Source of the DNA: Plasmodiophora brassicae
Lineage: Eukaryota
Direction: 5' to 3'
Assembly: GCA_036867785.1 (NCBI GenBank)
Contig: CP145418.1
Span: forward strand, 186,001-250,000
DNA: 64,000 nucleotides
In this document: piece by piece, positions 11,582 to 23,627 of the stretch
Numbering within the stretch: position 1 is the first letter of the stretch
Layout of the letters: each line of letters opens with the position of its first letter
Notes under the pieces: model-generated
Database searches by the model: none
Seen by the model: only the letters and a program-made list of their open reading frames with translations
Told to the model about the DNA's origin: nothing
Made by a program: the position numbers and the translations under genes

Positions 11582-14037
11582 TCATTTCGGGGCAGCGAGC
11601 CCGTGCACCGTGGGCTGAATGAACTCGTCGATGACGTAGCGCGCCATCACTGCCAGCTTGGCGTCCGATGCCGCGCGCGACGAGTCGCGACACTCCACAT
11701 AGTACTTCAGTTTAGGTTCAGTGCCCTAAGAGTCCCCTGTGTCACAATACTACACAACGGCAGAGACGCCGACACACGCCTACCGAATTGCGCAACGTGA
11801 CCAGGGTGCCATCGGCGAAAGCGAAAGTCAGCATCTGGTCGTTTGGCATTGTCGGCAAACGACTTCGCCCATCAGGCTGGGAACTGTCCAGCCCACGAGT
11901 CACATCGCGCACCGACTTGACCGACGTAGACGAGTGCGGCCTGTAATCCCCAGCTCGCAGACGATCAAAGATCCGATCCATAACGCTCCTCGATTCGCAA
12001 AAGAAATAGCTGGCTTTCATCGAGAAATAACCATACCTACACGAACGTCAGTTAAGCAGTCCACGATCAAGAACCGACAAGCGAACTTCTTGTAGAGTTC
12101 CTCCAAACGAGAAGTACAAGTTGAATGCTGACGATACAGACTGTTGGCCAGTTCCGCAAATACAGCCGCCATTCGAACGCCATCCTGCAGACGCTAAGTG
12201 AGCTGACCTTGCGAAGAGTGCCTTATGGCAAAGTCGACCTTGTCATAACTCATGTTGCCGGTCAAGAATCCTATCTCGACTTCATACGCAAACAGGAAGG
12301 TCAGGTCCCGGGCTTCCATGTCAATGATCGCGTTGCCGAGCCATTTGAAGCCAGTTAGCGTATCCTGCGACGTCGATCAACATCTAAAACAGCGGTCCGC
12401 ATCGACACAGAATCACCTGGAACAAGAATCCCTCGTGAGCCGCCATCGCTTCCAGGTATCTACTGGAGACACAGCTGGCAACCATGAAGGCCTTCGAGCG
12501 GTCGCATTTCGGATTCCGCTCAAGATAGCATGTCTGCGCGTGTACACATCGATGAACATGGTGGACGCGACGCAGTATGAATCGGTCCCACCCAAAGCCA
12601 ATCGGCGAATAATGCAGCAATCTCGTTACCATTGAATATCCGCCAATTGCCATCACGTGTTCTTACAACGGCGTCCAACGTCAGGTTCACGACTTGTAGA
12701 AAACGCATGCGTTACCTTTCGGCAACTGCCAGCCGGTCTGCGTCGGGGTCATTGGCAAGAATCAACCGCGATCCTGCGCTCTCTGCAGCCTTCATGGCTA
12801 GTGCCAATGCGCCAGCCCCTTCTTCCGGATTCGGATATTTCACCTAATCCAAGTACTGTCATTCGTGGATACATCGCTTTGGGCACAGAGCGGACGTACT
12901 GTGCTGAACTCAGGATCTGGAGTGCACTGCTCTGCTACTTGAATTGGTGGCGGCAATCGGAAAGACTGAAACGCGGCGAGAACGGCCGCAGTACCGACAC
13001 CGTGCATGGCAGTATACGTGACCTTGATTGGGGTCGGGAAATCGCCAGATACATTGCAGTATGGGGGGTCGCTGATCGTTTGGAAGTACGAGGTCCATAG
13101 CCGCTCGGTTGGGTCGTTGGCTGTAATACGGTCCTGGTCATCAGAAACCTCTGGATGGGACTCGGATGAAAGGGCATGAAGGTACCAGCAAGTTCTGGGT
13201 GGTCAAGGGTGAACCCGCGATACTCTATCCATGGTCGAAGGTTGTTGTCAATAGCAGCTGCAATGTTGGAGTCGTGCGGCGGCACAATCTTTGTCGAGCC
13301 ACATCAGCAATCGGCCCTGTCGATTAGGCTGCTGTGGCTGGTCTACCTGAGCACCGTTGGACCAGTACACTTTAAACCCGTTGTCTTGCTTTGGGTTGTG
13401 AGAAGCCGTAACCATTACACCAATCGCGGTGCGAAGCTGGACGACACCTGCGCGTCAGGTGTCATTAGCGTGTGCAACTGTATCGGCACAACCCACGGGC
13501 TCACCGAACGGAACGAATGGCGTTGGAATCATCTTCCGCATCAAATGCACGGTTACACCTTGGGACATAAACACAAACGCTGCAAGGTCCGCGAATTCCT
13601 GCACAGGTCGCCCATGTCACGTGGGACGAACGGCATCACTGAGATCAGCTGTGCCGCACCCACCTGCGAATGGTGTCGCCCATCAAACCCGATGACAACT
13701 CCACGAGACTTGAAGTTTGGAATAGCCTCCTGAGATGACCAGCCAGTGAGCGGCCGATAGCAAATAACGTAAGGGGGATGACAACCTGCCCATATCGACA
13801 TAGGCCCTGGCACGTTTGCAGGATCACCAGGGGGTTCATCGCAGCCGTTCCGGCGCCCATGACGGCACGCAGCCCCGCCGTCCCGAACGCAATCCGCTTG
13901 CCGAACCTGGCGACCAGCAGCGTCTCGTCGCCCCTGTCCTGCATGTCCTTCGCCTCGCGGCGCGACCAGTCGTCGGGCGCCCACTCCACATACTGTTCGC
14001 ACGCTGAACGCGCAGACGCCACGATGCTCGAGGCCAT
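11582..14037 (-). CDS. PGM2: Phosphoglucomutase-2 / phosphopentomutase, multi-exon
   Basis: FGTAGLR, phosphoserine loop TASHNP, PNPEEG, NDPDADR metal loop and [13 protein letters not shown]. Confidence 0.9.
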
Positions 14038-14336
14038 CCAAAAACGGAATGAGAGGTAGGTGTGGCTTTGCCCGTCGAACGTGCATAGCGGGCGTGGAAC
14101 AACAGCGTACGATGCGTCGATGCGGTCCCGGAACGTTGCCTGTGACACCCACCGTCCGGCGCTACATGATCACATACGGGACGCGTTGGGAAAGTTCATC
14201 GCTTTCAGGTGCTTCTCGAGTGGCTACAACGCAATGATGATATGCTACATATGTACGTAGCACCTTTATGTGTGCGCAAACGAGGCATCGACACATTCGG
14301 GCTGCCGCCATCGAATCGTGACCTCCGGTTACTCGT

Positions 14337-15803
14337 TTAGTGGACTGAATAGAGGGTGTAAAGCCAGTTCGTGTGCTGGATAAACATGCCGATAGCAATG
14401 GACATGATGTTGAACATGGAGGCGAAGATGAACAGGTGGGCTTTGGAGTCGGCTCTCAGGAGATGGAATCCGCGGGCGAAAAAGCTGACATTGTTGGGGT
14501 CGTTCCAGTCCTTGAATGCGAATGAGCTTGCAATCGACATACCAACCAGGACTGCATTCTCGCATATGAAACTAACGAACGTCATATTGATGACGCGCCA
14601 GTATTGATCGGCATTATTCGCTTGGAAAGCCATATATCTGCCGTTGTAGGAGAAGAACCCCAGCGAATACAGAGTCATAAACGACATCGTGGCCGTCACC
14701 TTCGCTAGCCATCTCATGAAAACAACCAGACGTGCAACGTCGTGCCACTTATCCATCGACGGTACAAGGGTAAACGATGACGGTACGGACGTAAAGGATG
14801 ACGGGCGGAAGAGCTTAACGCCCAGCTTGGTGACAATGCCGACCTGGGACCACGGTGACTGTGCATTAGGGCTGGCCGACATCCAATCCGCAAATCGGGG
14901 GAACAGCCACAACGAGCTAACTATCATCGACAGCATTTGGACGGCGACAATGACCCCGAAGATGATCGGACTGTGGATGCTGGGGAACGCCAGGTTGAAG
15001 TACACCTCCGAGTTCATTTCGAGGTAGAACGTCCAGTACGCTCGAATGTTCGGGTCCAGACGAAGCTGACGATTTTCGTCCAGTTTCATGCGATCGAACA
15101 GCATGAAAGGGATGGTCAAACGGGATGCAATGGTAATGGACGCAGTGACGAAACCAATGGCGGCTTGAATAACGACATGGTTGGACGAGACGAGGTTAAA
15201 GCAGACAAGACTGACGACAACGACAAGCAGGTGAATGTTAAATGTCGTCGACACCATCGCACGAAGTTTGAGGGTCTTCTTTGCGGACAGCAGCAAGACA
15301 TCGGATGGTTGTGCACATACGTCATCTCGGCCCATGGCGGTAAAGGAAACGCGGCGACTGATGACGACGAGGATTGTGCTTGATATGTAAGCGAAGAAAA
15401 GAATTGGATAGACGCCAAACGCGTATGGGATGCCAAGAACGATAATCGTATTCAGGAATACGCATAGAACCATGACGAAGTCGACGCGGACATGGCAACC
15501 GGGTTTATCGACAAACAAGTTCAACGTGCCGCAAGCGAACACGACGAACCAGGACGTGTTCAGGAACGTGAAAAATAGAGCCCAAGCCCATTGCGACGCT
15601 TCGAACGATTTCGTTGCTGGGGCAAAGTCAGCGCTGGTGAAGGCGATCGAGATCGCAGCTGGCGCGCTCACAGTTACAAGGAGCAGTTTCAAAGCCTCCA
15701 CAAGAAGGGTCACACGACTGGCACCGGCAGGCCTATTGAAGTTGGCAGCACTAACATCGACGACTAACGGTGGCGCCTCAGGGGTGACCTTGACCGATGT
15801 CAT
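14337..15803 (-). CDS. Intronless multipass membrane protein, family copy 1
   Basis: Long single ORF with roughly 11-12 hydrophobic segments; paralogous to the four neighbours. Start set at MTSVKV by alignment with the paralogs. Confidence 0.85.
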   Translation of the reverse strand: MTSVKVTPEAPPLVVDVSAANFNRPAGASRVTLLVEALKLLLVTVSAPAAISIAFTSADFAPATKSFEASQWAWALFFTFLNTSWFVVFACGTLNLFVDKPGCHVRVDFVMVLCVFLNTIIVLGIPYAFGVYPILFFAYISSTILVVISRRVSFTAMGRDDVCAQPSDVLLLSAKKTLKLRAMVSTTFNIHLLVVVVSLVCFNLVSSNHVVIQAAIGFVTASITIASRLTIPFMLFDRMKLDENRQLRLDPNIRAYWTFYLEMNSEVYFNLAFPSIHSPIIFGVIVAVQMLSMIVSSLWLFPRFADWMSASPNAQSPWSQVGIVTKLGVKLFRPSSFTSVPSSFTLVPSMDKWHDVARLVVFMRWLAKVTATMSFMTLYSLGFFSYNGRYMAFQANNADQYWRVINMTFVSFICENAVLVGMSIASSFAFKDWNDPNNVSFFARGFHLLRADSKAHLFIFASMFNIMSIAIGMFIQHTNWLYTLYSVH

Positions 15804-16022
15804 GGCGGCCGTCTTTCGCGGGCAGATACTACTTATTGTTAAGGGCTGTTGATCGTCAACTGTACCCAAAATTCCATTTTATGAACACGATAGCATATAT
15901 ACACCTACCAGAACGCAATTGTGGAACCGAGTCATGGACTTTATTCATTGCGACCGTACCATGATATTGTCTCGACCCCGCGGCAGGATAGGGATGACAC
16001 GGGAGCTATACGCCAGCGCCCT

Positions 16023-17471
16023 TTAACGAACTTGGTAGAGGATGTACAACCAGTTGGCCTGTTGAATAAACATGGCGATGGAGATTGACATGATGGTGAA
16101 CATGGAGGCGAACAGAAACAGGAGGGCTTTAGAATCGGTTGCCAGGAGTCGGCCGCCACGTACAAAGAAACTCGTGTTATTGGGATCGTTCCAGTTCTTG
16201 AAAGCAAATGCGCGTGCGATAGACATGCCAATCAGGACAACATTCTCACAGACTAAACTAATGAGTGTCATTTTCATAACGCGCCAGTACTGCTCGCCAT
16301 CCTTCGCCTGGAACGCCAGGTATCTGCCGTTGTACGTGAAGAACGCCAGTGAATACAGAGTCATGAATGATACGGTCGCCGTGAGTTTCGCCAACCATCT
16401 CATGAAGACTGCTAGACGTGCAACATCGTGCCACCTGCTCATCGACGGTATAGACATAGGTGATGATGGACGGAGTACCTTAACGCCCAGCTTGGTGATG
16501 ATGCCGAACTGGGACCACGGCGACTGTGCGTTCGGGCTCGCCGACATCCAGTCTGCGAATTGGGGGAATAACCACAACGAGCTAAGTATGACCGACGTCA
16601 TTTGGATGGTGACAACGACCCCGAATATGATCGGACTGTGAATATTGGGAAATGCCAAGTTGAAGTACACCTCCGAGTTGACCTCGAGGTAAAACGTCCA
16701 ATAGGCGCGAATGTTCGGATCCAGGTGCAATTGACGAATCTGGTCCAGCTGCAAGCGGTCGAAGAGGACATACGGGATCATGAAACGCGATGCAATGGTG
16801 ATGGTCCCTGTAACGAAGCCAGCAGCCGCTTGAACAACGACATCATTGTACGGGACAAGGTTAAAGCAAACAAGACAGGCGACTACGACAAGCAAGTGGA
16901 TATTGAACGTCGTCGCGGCCATTGCTCGAAGTTTCAGTGCCTTCTTAGCGGGCAGAGGCAAGTCTTCAGATGGATCGTCGTGTAATTCTCCATCACCTGA
17001 CGCCATGCGGATAAAGGAGATGCGTCGACTGATCACAATAAGGATAGTGCTTGACAGATAAGGAAAGAACAGGATCGGGTAGACGCCGAATACGTATGGG
17101 ATACCAAGGGCGATAAGCGTGTTCAGAAACACGCACAGAATCATTACGAAGTCGAAATGGCAACGGCACCCGGGCTGGTCAACGAACAAGTTCAAAATGG
17201 CGCACGGAAGTGCAACGAACCAGGACGTGTTGAGAAATGTGAAGAAAATGACCCAAGGCCATTGGGATGACTCGAACGAGTTCGTTGCTGGCGCCAAGTC
17301 GACCCCCGCGAACGCGACGGCGATCGCGATCGGAGCACTAACTGCGACGACGAACAGCCTCAGACCGGCCAGGAGAGTTGACTTCCAGCCCATGACGGGA
17401 AGTCTCTTAACATCAACAGCGCTCTCGACGACATACGACTGCGTTTCCGGCATGATCGTGGCAGGTGACAT
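16023..17471 (-). CDS. Intronless multipass membrane protein, family copy 2
   Basis: 482-aa ORF sharing SQWPW..FFTFLNTSWFV, LDPNIRAY, QSPWSQ, FMRWLAK and FIQ..NWLY with its paralogs. Confidence 0.85.
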   Translation of the reverse strand: MSPATIMPETQSYVVESAVDVKRLPVMGWKSTLLAGLRLFVVAVSAPIAIAVAFAGVDLAPATNSFESSQWPWVIFFTFLNTSWFVALPCAILNLFVDQPGCRCHFDFVMILCVFLNTLIALGIPYVFGVYPILFFPYLSSTILIVISRRISFIRMASGDGELHDDPSEDLPLPAKKALKLRAMAATTFNIHLLVVVACLVCFNLVPYNDVVVQAAAGFVTGTITIASRFMIPYVLFDRLQLDQIRQLHLDPNIRAYWTFYLEVNSEVYFNLAFPNIHSPIIFGVVVTIQMTSVILSSLWLFPQFADWMSASPNAQSPWSQFGIITKLGVKVLRPSSPMSIPSMSRWHDVARLAVFMRWLAKLTATVSFMTLYSLAFFTYNGRYLAFQAKDGEQYWRVMKMTLISLVCENVVLIGMSIARAFAFKNWNDPNNTSFFVRGGRLLATDSKALLFLFASMFTIMSISIAMFIQQANWLYILYQVR

Positions 17472-17806
17472 GGCGGCTCAGTATCGTGGACCGACAGATA
17501 CAAGGGGACCGCTCGAAGCGATCGTCACCCGTACCGCGTCTGGGTGCACACCGAGGAATCGACGTGGCGGCCGAGTTTGACAAGCGGGTCCGCCGAACAG
17601 TATCGTTCCCATTTAGTGCAAGGGGACGACGTTGTGTAGGCAGTCGGGTTGACGTGCGGGTGCGGATGCGTGACTGCCGAGAACGTGGGCGAATCACTGT
17701 TTCGGCACCGAATTCTGAACATCAGCGTCGTCCAGCTTTACTGTTTATCCGTACGACATAGAAGGTGCCCACGATGGGCAGTGGGCGATCGCCGCGTCGT
17801 TCGCCC

Positions 17807-18921
17807 ATGTCGACGCTTACCAAGGTCGTTCCAGAGGTGTCGGAGCCCGTCGCAGAGCCCAGCAACTTCAGTGGGCGTTGCTTAACGTCTGCCCTTGCTC
17901 CCGGCCTGAGACTGCGCGCTCATGGTCACGTTCAGCGCTCCTTGTGCATAGCTCGTCGTATTCCCCTGTGCTATTTGAACCTGTTCATCGACAAACCGCC
18001 CATAGCGTTCGCCTCATGCTGGCAGGCTCGTTCGTGAACGCAATATGGTGATCCTTGTGATCCCATACGCATTCGGCGTCTACCCTGTGTTCTTCCTGGG
18101 GTACGTCTCAACCACCGTGCTCGCTGCCTGGTGTCGACGCATGTCGTTCATTGCAATGGGCAAGGGGGTCGTCAGGCGTGGCGGGCGCCTGAAGGACTTC
18201 TGTCCCTGCCGGCCAGGACGATTCTCAACATATGTACTGTGACATCTGGCATCATAGTCAAGTACCTGCTTAGCGTTGTCGTCGGGCTGGTACGCGCGTA
18301 CTTTGCATTCTTCCAGCTGACTTCGGAAGTGTACTTCAATCTGGCATTTCCGAATATCCACATACCGAACGTGTTCGCACTCGGTCGTCATTGTGCAGAT
18401 GACGTCCATGATGCTAAGCTCATTGTGGTTACTACCACAGTTCGCAAACCTGGATGTCAGCCAGCCTTAATCCGCGATCGCATCCCCCTGGTCCACCGTC
18501 AGTCCAAACCTGGCATGGCGTTGCCCGTCTATGTAGTGGTCTTCATGAGATGGTTGGCGAAACTAACGGCGAGCATATCATTCAGGACTCTGTACTCACT
18601 GGCGTCTTCGCGTACAACGTCAGATATCTGGCCGCGTTCCAGGCGAAAGGGGTCGAACAACACTGGCGATGACCCCTACCGTACGTGAGTCTAGTCAGTG
18701 AGAACGTTACCCTGTTCGGCACGTCAATAGCTAGCGCGTTTTCTTTCAGGGATTGGAACGACTCCGAAAACGTCAGCTTATTCAAAGCGCGGCATCCAAC
18801 TCCTGAGCATAGACTCCAAGGCCCTGTTCTTCCTGTCGGCCACAGTGCTGTCGCCAATGTCCATCGCCCTGGCCATGTTTCTTCGGCAGGTCGACTGGCT
18901 ACACCCTTTCTATTCAGTGCA
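17807..18921 (+). pseudogene. Degenerate copy 3 of the membrane protein family
   Basis: Family motifs (NLFIDKP, IPYAFGVYP, SEVYFNLAFP, FMRWLAKLTA, MSLVSENV) lie in different frames, with deletions and stops. Confidence 0.85.
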
Positions 18922-19111
18922 AGCACCAAGTTAATGCATCGGTTCTGTATCCGCCTGGCCGTAGTCTAAAGTCAGGGGAGCCGGTCCTCGAGAGCGGTTG
19001 GCATGATGTAGCCGACCCACCTAGAAGACGCTAAGGATCTCGCGTGAGCAGCCCGATCCCGGTACACTGGACGATCGCCACTCTTGCAGTCGTCCACGAA
19101 CGTCGGCTGGC

Positions 19112-20554
19112 ATGTCCTGCGTGAAGGTCGTACCGGGGCAACCGCCATCAGTTCTGGTAATCGAGCCTACGGCAGACCCTATCAGAGAGGACTGGCGGTC
19201 GGTTCTTCGGTATAGTGCCAAGCTGTGCCTGGCCGTTATCGGCGCGCCCTGTTTGATCGGGGCCGCCTTCTTGAGCATCAACCTAGCGCCCGCGACGACA
19301 TCGTTCGAATCGTCACAATGGCCATGGGTGTGTTTCTTCACGTTTTTAAATACGTCATGGTTCGTGGTACTTCCTTGCGCCCTGTCCAACCTGTTCATCG
19401 ACAAACCCGGTTGCCATCGCCATGACATCACTGTGATGGTTCTGTGCGTGTTCCTAAACCCTGTTGTGTTTCTCGCCATTCCATACGCGCTGAACGTCTA
19501 CCCAGTGTTCTTGTTCGGGTACCTAACAACAACTGTCCTTAACGTGATTAGTCGTCGTCTACATTTCATTGACATGGGCCGAGCGGACGAGCGTGATCGC
19601 CCAGGCGAGGGTGTTCACCTGCCAGCCAGTAGAATCTTGAAGCTTCGTTCCCTAGCGTCTTCGGCGCTGACTCTTTACTTGCTAGTCGTTGTTGTTTGCC
19701 TGATCTGCTTTAACCTCGTGTCATCAAACGCAATCGTGCTCCAGGGTATCGCTGGGCTCGTCACTGGATCTGTCTCCGTTGCTGCGAGGCTCGCCATCCC
19801 TTACGTACTGTTTGACCGCATGAAACTGGTCCAGATAGGCGACTTGCACCTTGACGCGAACATTCGCGCGTATTACGCGTTCAACCTCGAGGTCAACTCC
19901 GACGTATACTTCGGTCTGGCATTCCCAAACATTGAGAATGCCGCTGTGTTCGGTTTCGCCATGGCCGTCCAAATGGCGTCGATAATGTTGAGCACGTTGT
20001 GGCTGTTCCCCCGGTTTGCAGACTGGATGTCGGCGAATCCCAACCCGCAGTCGCCCTGGTCTCAGGTCGGCATCCTTACGAAACTTGGAAGTAGGCTGCT
20101 AAGGCCATCCAAACCTTCGGAATCAGAGCAATCGATGTACCAATGGCATCGCGTTGCCCGCCTGATCGTCTTCATGAGATGGCTGGCGAAACTGGCTGCC
20201 ACACTCTCGTTCATGACCCTGTATTCCCTCGCGTTTTTCTCATACAATGGCAAGTATTTGGCATTCCAGCCCAGGAATGCCGACCAGTACTGGCGAGTTA
20301 TGACCATGTCTTTCATTAGCCTGATTTGCGAAAACATTGTTTTGATCGGCATGTCGATGGCTAGCACGTTCGCCTTCAAAACCTGGGACGACCCGGGAAA
20401 CGCCAGCTTCTTCGTGCGCGGCGTCCAGCTTCTAAAGAGCGATTCGAAGGCGCCGTTCTTCGTGTTCGCCACCGTGTTTACGAACATGGCCGTGTCAATT
20501 GGTATGTTCATTCAGCACACCAACTGGCTATATGACCTGTATACGGTGCACTAA
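19112..20554 (+). CDS. Intronless multipass membrane protein, family copy 4
   Basis: 480-aa ORF with the same motifs. Confidence 0.85.
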   Translation: MSCVKVVPGQPPSVLVIEPTADPIREDWRSVLRYSAKLCLAVIGAPCLIGAAFLSINLAPATTSFESSQWPWVCFFTFLNTSWFVVLPCALSNLFIDKPGCHRHDITVMVLCVFLNPVVFLAIPYALNVYPVFLFGYLTTTVLNVISRRLHFIDMGRADERDRPGEGVHLPASRILKLRSLASSALTLYLLVVVVCLICFNLVSSNAIVLQGIAGLVTGSVSVAARLAIPYVLFDRMKLVQIGDLHLDANIRAYYAFNLEVNSDVYFGLAFPNIENAAVFGFAMAVQMASIMLSTLWLFPRFADWMSANPNPQSPWSQVGILTKLGSRLLRPSKPSESEQSMYQWHRVARLIVFMRWLAKLAATLSFMTLYSLAFFSYNGKYLAFQPRNADQYWRVMTMSFISLICENIVLIGMSMASTFAFKTWDDPGNASFFVRGVQLLKSDSKAPFFVFATVFTNMAVSIGMFIQHTNWLYDLYTVH

Positions 20555-20809
20555 ACGTCGGTTTACTTCGCAAGGAAATGGGGTCATGCGTCACCAGGCC
20601 CTAGCGGCTGGTAATTCAGCTACTACTGCCATCGTGCTGAATGATAATTGCCATAAGCGTTTCAGCACGAAACCCCCATTCCCCGAAGCATCGACTTTGG
20701 CCATCTTGTACTGCCGCCATACTCTGCTGTGAGGAAGCGGTCCTGCTCAGGATCCAAAAGCTTTCCCGACGGTACAGTTAACGATCGATATACTCTAGGC
20801 GGTCCACGA

Positions 20810-22270
20810 ATGACGGCGGGCGTGACCTCTGTCAACGTCGTGTCTGTGTGCCCGTCGGCATCAGTCGGCGCCGAGAGCACAGCATGGCAATCCAGTCCTT
20901 CCGGCGAAAGCTGGACCACGATTCTCTGGGATGGCCTCAAACTGTTCCTGCTCATCATTAGCGCACCGTGTTTGATCGCCACCTTCTTTGCAGGCATCCA
21001 TCTAGCGCCAGCAACGCGATCGTTCGACTCGTCCCAATGGCCATGGGTGGGATTCTTCGCATTCTTGAACACGTCCTGGTTCGTGGTCCTTCCCTGCGCG
21101 ATCTCAAATTTGCTCATCGACAAACCCGGTTGCCATCGGCATGACATCACAGTGATGGTTCTGTGCGGGTTTCTCAACCTAATCATCCCTCTCGCCATTC
21201 CTTACGCACTCAACGTCTATCCAGTATTCTTCTCTGGGTACATATCCACCACTGTCCTCAGTTTGATTAGCCGCCGTCTACACTTCGTAGCGATGGGGAA
21301 ATCAGACGAGCGGGACCGACCGTGCGAGGAATTGCGTTTGCCCCCGAACAAGGTCCTGAGACTTCGCTCTCTGACTTCAGCGTCGCTGACCGTGTATTTG
21401 CTTATCGTCGTTCTTAGCCTGGTCTGTTTTGTCCTCGTATCATCCAGCGCAGTTCTGCTCCAAAGTATCGCTGGGTTTGCCACTGGATCCATATCCCTTG
21501 CAGGGCGCCTCGCCATCCCTTACGTTCTGTTCGACCGCATGCGTCTGGACCAGAACCGCCAGCTGCATCTGGACCCAAACATTCGCGCGTATTATGCGTT
21601 CCACCTCGAGGTTACGTCCGAGGTGTACTTTAGCCTGGCGTTCCCCATGATTGAGAACCTGGGGGTGTTCGGGGTCGTCGTTGCCGTCCAAATGGCGTCG
21701 ATGATACTGAGCTCTATGTGGCTGTTCCCCCAATTAGCAAACTGGATGTCTGCCAACCCCAACCCGCAGTCACCCTGGTCCCAGATCGGCATTGTCACGA
21801 AGCTTGGGGTCAGGCTGTTACGGCCATCTCAAAGTACATCCGTCCATTCCATGGAAAAGTGGCACGACGTAGCACGTCTAGTGGTCTTCATGAGGTGGCT
21901 GGCGAAACTAACAGCCACCATCTCTTTTACAACGCTATACTCGCTGGCGTACTTCACGTACAACGGCAGGTATATGGCGTTTCAAGCCAAAGACGACCAG
22001 CAATACTGGCGCGTCATGGCGATGTCCCTCATTAGTTTAGTCTGCGAAAACATCGCGTTGATCGGCATGTCGATATTCAGCACATTTGCCGTCGATGCCT
22101 GGAGAGACCCAAACAGCACCAGCTTCTTCGCCCGCGGCTTCCAACTGCTGAAGACGGATTACAAGGCGCCATTCTTTCTGTTCGCGACCATGTTCACGAA
22201 CATGTCCATCGCCATCGCCATGTTCATTCAGCAAACCAACTGGCTCTACGAGCTCTATTCAATCCACTGA
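20810..22270 (+). CDS. Intronless multipass membrane protein, family copy 5
   Basis: Same motifs. First in-frame ATG is at 20810. Confidence 0.85.
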   Translation: MTAGVTSVNVVSVCPSASVGAESTAWQSSPSGESWTTILWDGLKLFLLIISAPCLIATFFAGIHLAPATRSFDSSQWPWVGFFAFLNTSWFVVLPCAISNLLIDKPGCHRHDITVMVLCGFLNLIIPLAIPYALNVYPVFFSGYISTTVLSLISRRLHFVAMGKSDERDRPCEELRLPPNKVLRLRSLTSASLTVYLLIVVLSLVCFVLVSSSAVLLQSIAGFATGSISLAGRLAIPYVLFDRMRLDQNRQLHLDPNIRAYYAFHLEVTSEVYFSLAFPMIENLGVFGVVVAVQMASMILSSMWLFPQLANWMSANPNPQSPWSQIGIVTKLGVRLLRPSQSTSVHSMEKWHDVARLVVFMRWLAKLTATISFTTLYSLAYFTYNGRYMAFQAKDDQQYWRVMAMSLISLVCENIALIGMSIFSTFAVDAWRDPNSTSFFARGFQLLKTDYKAPFFLFATMFTNMSIAIAMFIQQTNWLYELYSIH

Positions 22271-22461
22271 ATTAAGATAGACGTTCAGACCTTAATCCTT
22301 TGTGAACGGGTTATCGCCCAGGATAACGACGACTACAACAGCAATGGGGGTGTTGCTCTCGCAATGCTTACAATGATTAGGGCAGGGCTGGGGAGTCGGC
22401 CAACCAGTCCGAACGGTGTGCCGACAGGTCATATTTGGCGGGGCGCGGCTGCGCCGGGACG

Positions 22462-23602
22462 ATGACGACGGACCCGTACGCCGCCCTGAGGGCGCTGCAG
22501 GACAGCGGAGTGTTCGACCAGCTGCGCTCACGGCTGTTCGAGCACCCGATCGTCCAGGTCGGGTGCGAACGCTGCGGCTGCTGAGCGCGTCCGCGTCTGA
22601 TACGGGCGGGCGCGATCCACAGGAGCAGTTTGCGTCTATGCAGGAGCGCCTGCTGTCGGAGCTCAGAGCCAGCCCGCTCCTCGATGTCCCGCAACGTATG
22701 AGGCAAAGCAGGCACGCTACTGTAGGTCGGCGACACCGTTGACTGGGAGCCTGACATCTTCGCATAGGCAACCGCAGATATTCAACTCGTTTCGCCTGGC
22801 GGTCAGGAACACGTCGATCGCAACTGAGAGTAAGGCTGGCGATAACGTTTTCCGTTGACGTTGCCTGCATTGACGAAATGACCTGTTCCTGGGATACGGT
22901 TGTCGGGTCTGCATGACGAACCACACTCATTCGACGCTTTGCACAGTTCACGAGGCGCTGTGCGCCGCCCTCCATCATATGATGCCGGTCATCTACGAGG
23001 CTGTCGATACTGCATTGCAACGCGTCGATGACGTTGACGAGAAGCCAGCAATCGTCAACGCGTCGTCTACCGAGGGCAAGGATCCTGCTGCTAGCGACGA
23101 CGTACCGACAGCTCCACCTGGTAACGTCGAAGAGCAGCCAGTTGGGGTTCCTGGCACCACGCGCATGGACGAGATATCGGGTAAAGACGAAGAGAGCGCG
23201 GTGCAAGTACCGGCGTCGTCGTCAGGAAGCAAACCCGGCAAGGCGAAACTGAAGAAACGAGGTCGTCTGATTCGCGCTGGCGACATTGACGAAACGGAAT
23301 CGAAACGGCGACGAGCAGGTCGGCAGGCGAAATCTGCTGCATCCGACGGCGACGATCGCGACGACGATAGCGATGAGGACGACGTCGATCCGCGCGTCAC
23401 CGGCCACGTCAATCCTGATCTGGGGAACCAGCCTGACCAAGCCGTCAATCGTCGCGTCAGGGTGTGGTGGCCGCTGGACAAGACGTGGTACCCTGGACGA
23501 ATAACCGCGTACAGGGCACGAGACAGCAAGCATCACATCCGGTACGATGACAACGAGATCGAGTGGCTCAACCTCAATAAGGAGAAGTGGAAATATAAGT
23601 GA
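22462..23602 (+). CDS. BOD1/Shg1-like N-terminus plus C-terminal Tudor-like domain, multi-exon
   Basis: First exon reads MTTDPYAALRALQDSGVFDQLRSRL (Shg1/BOD1-like GxFDxxR). C-terminus VRVWWPLDKTWYPGRI...HHIRYDDNEIEWL is Tudor-like. Confidence 0.6.
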
Positions 23603-23627
23603 TCGCGGTGCGGCCAGTCCGAATTGT

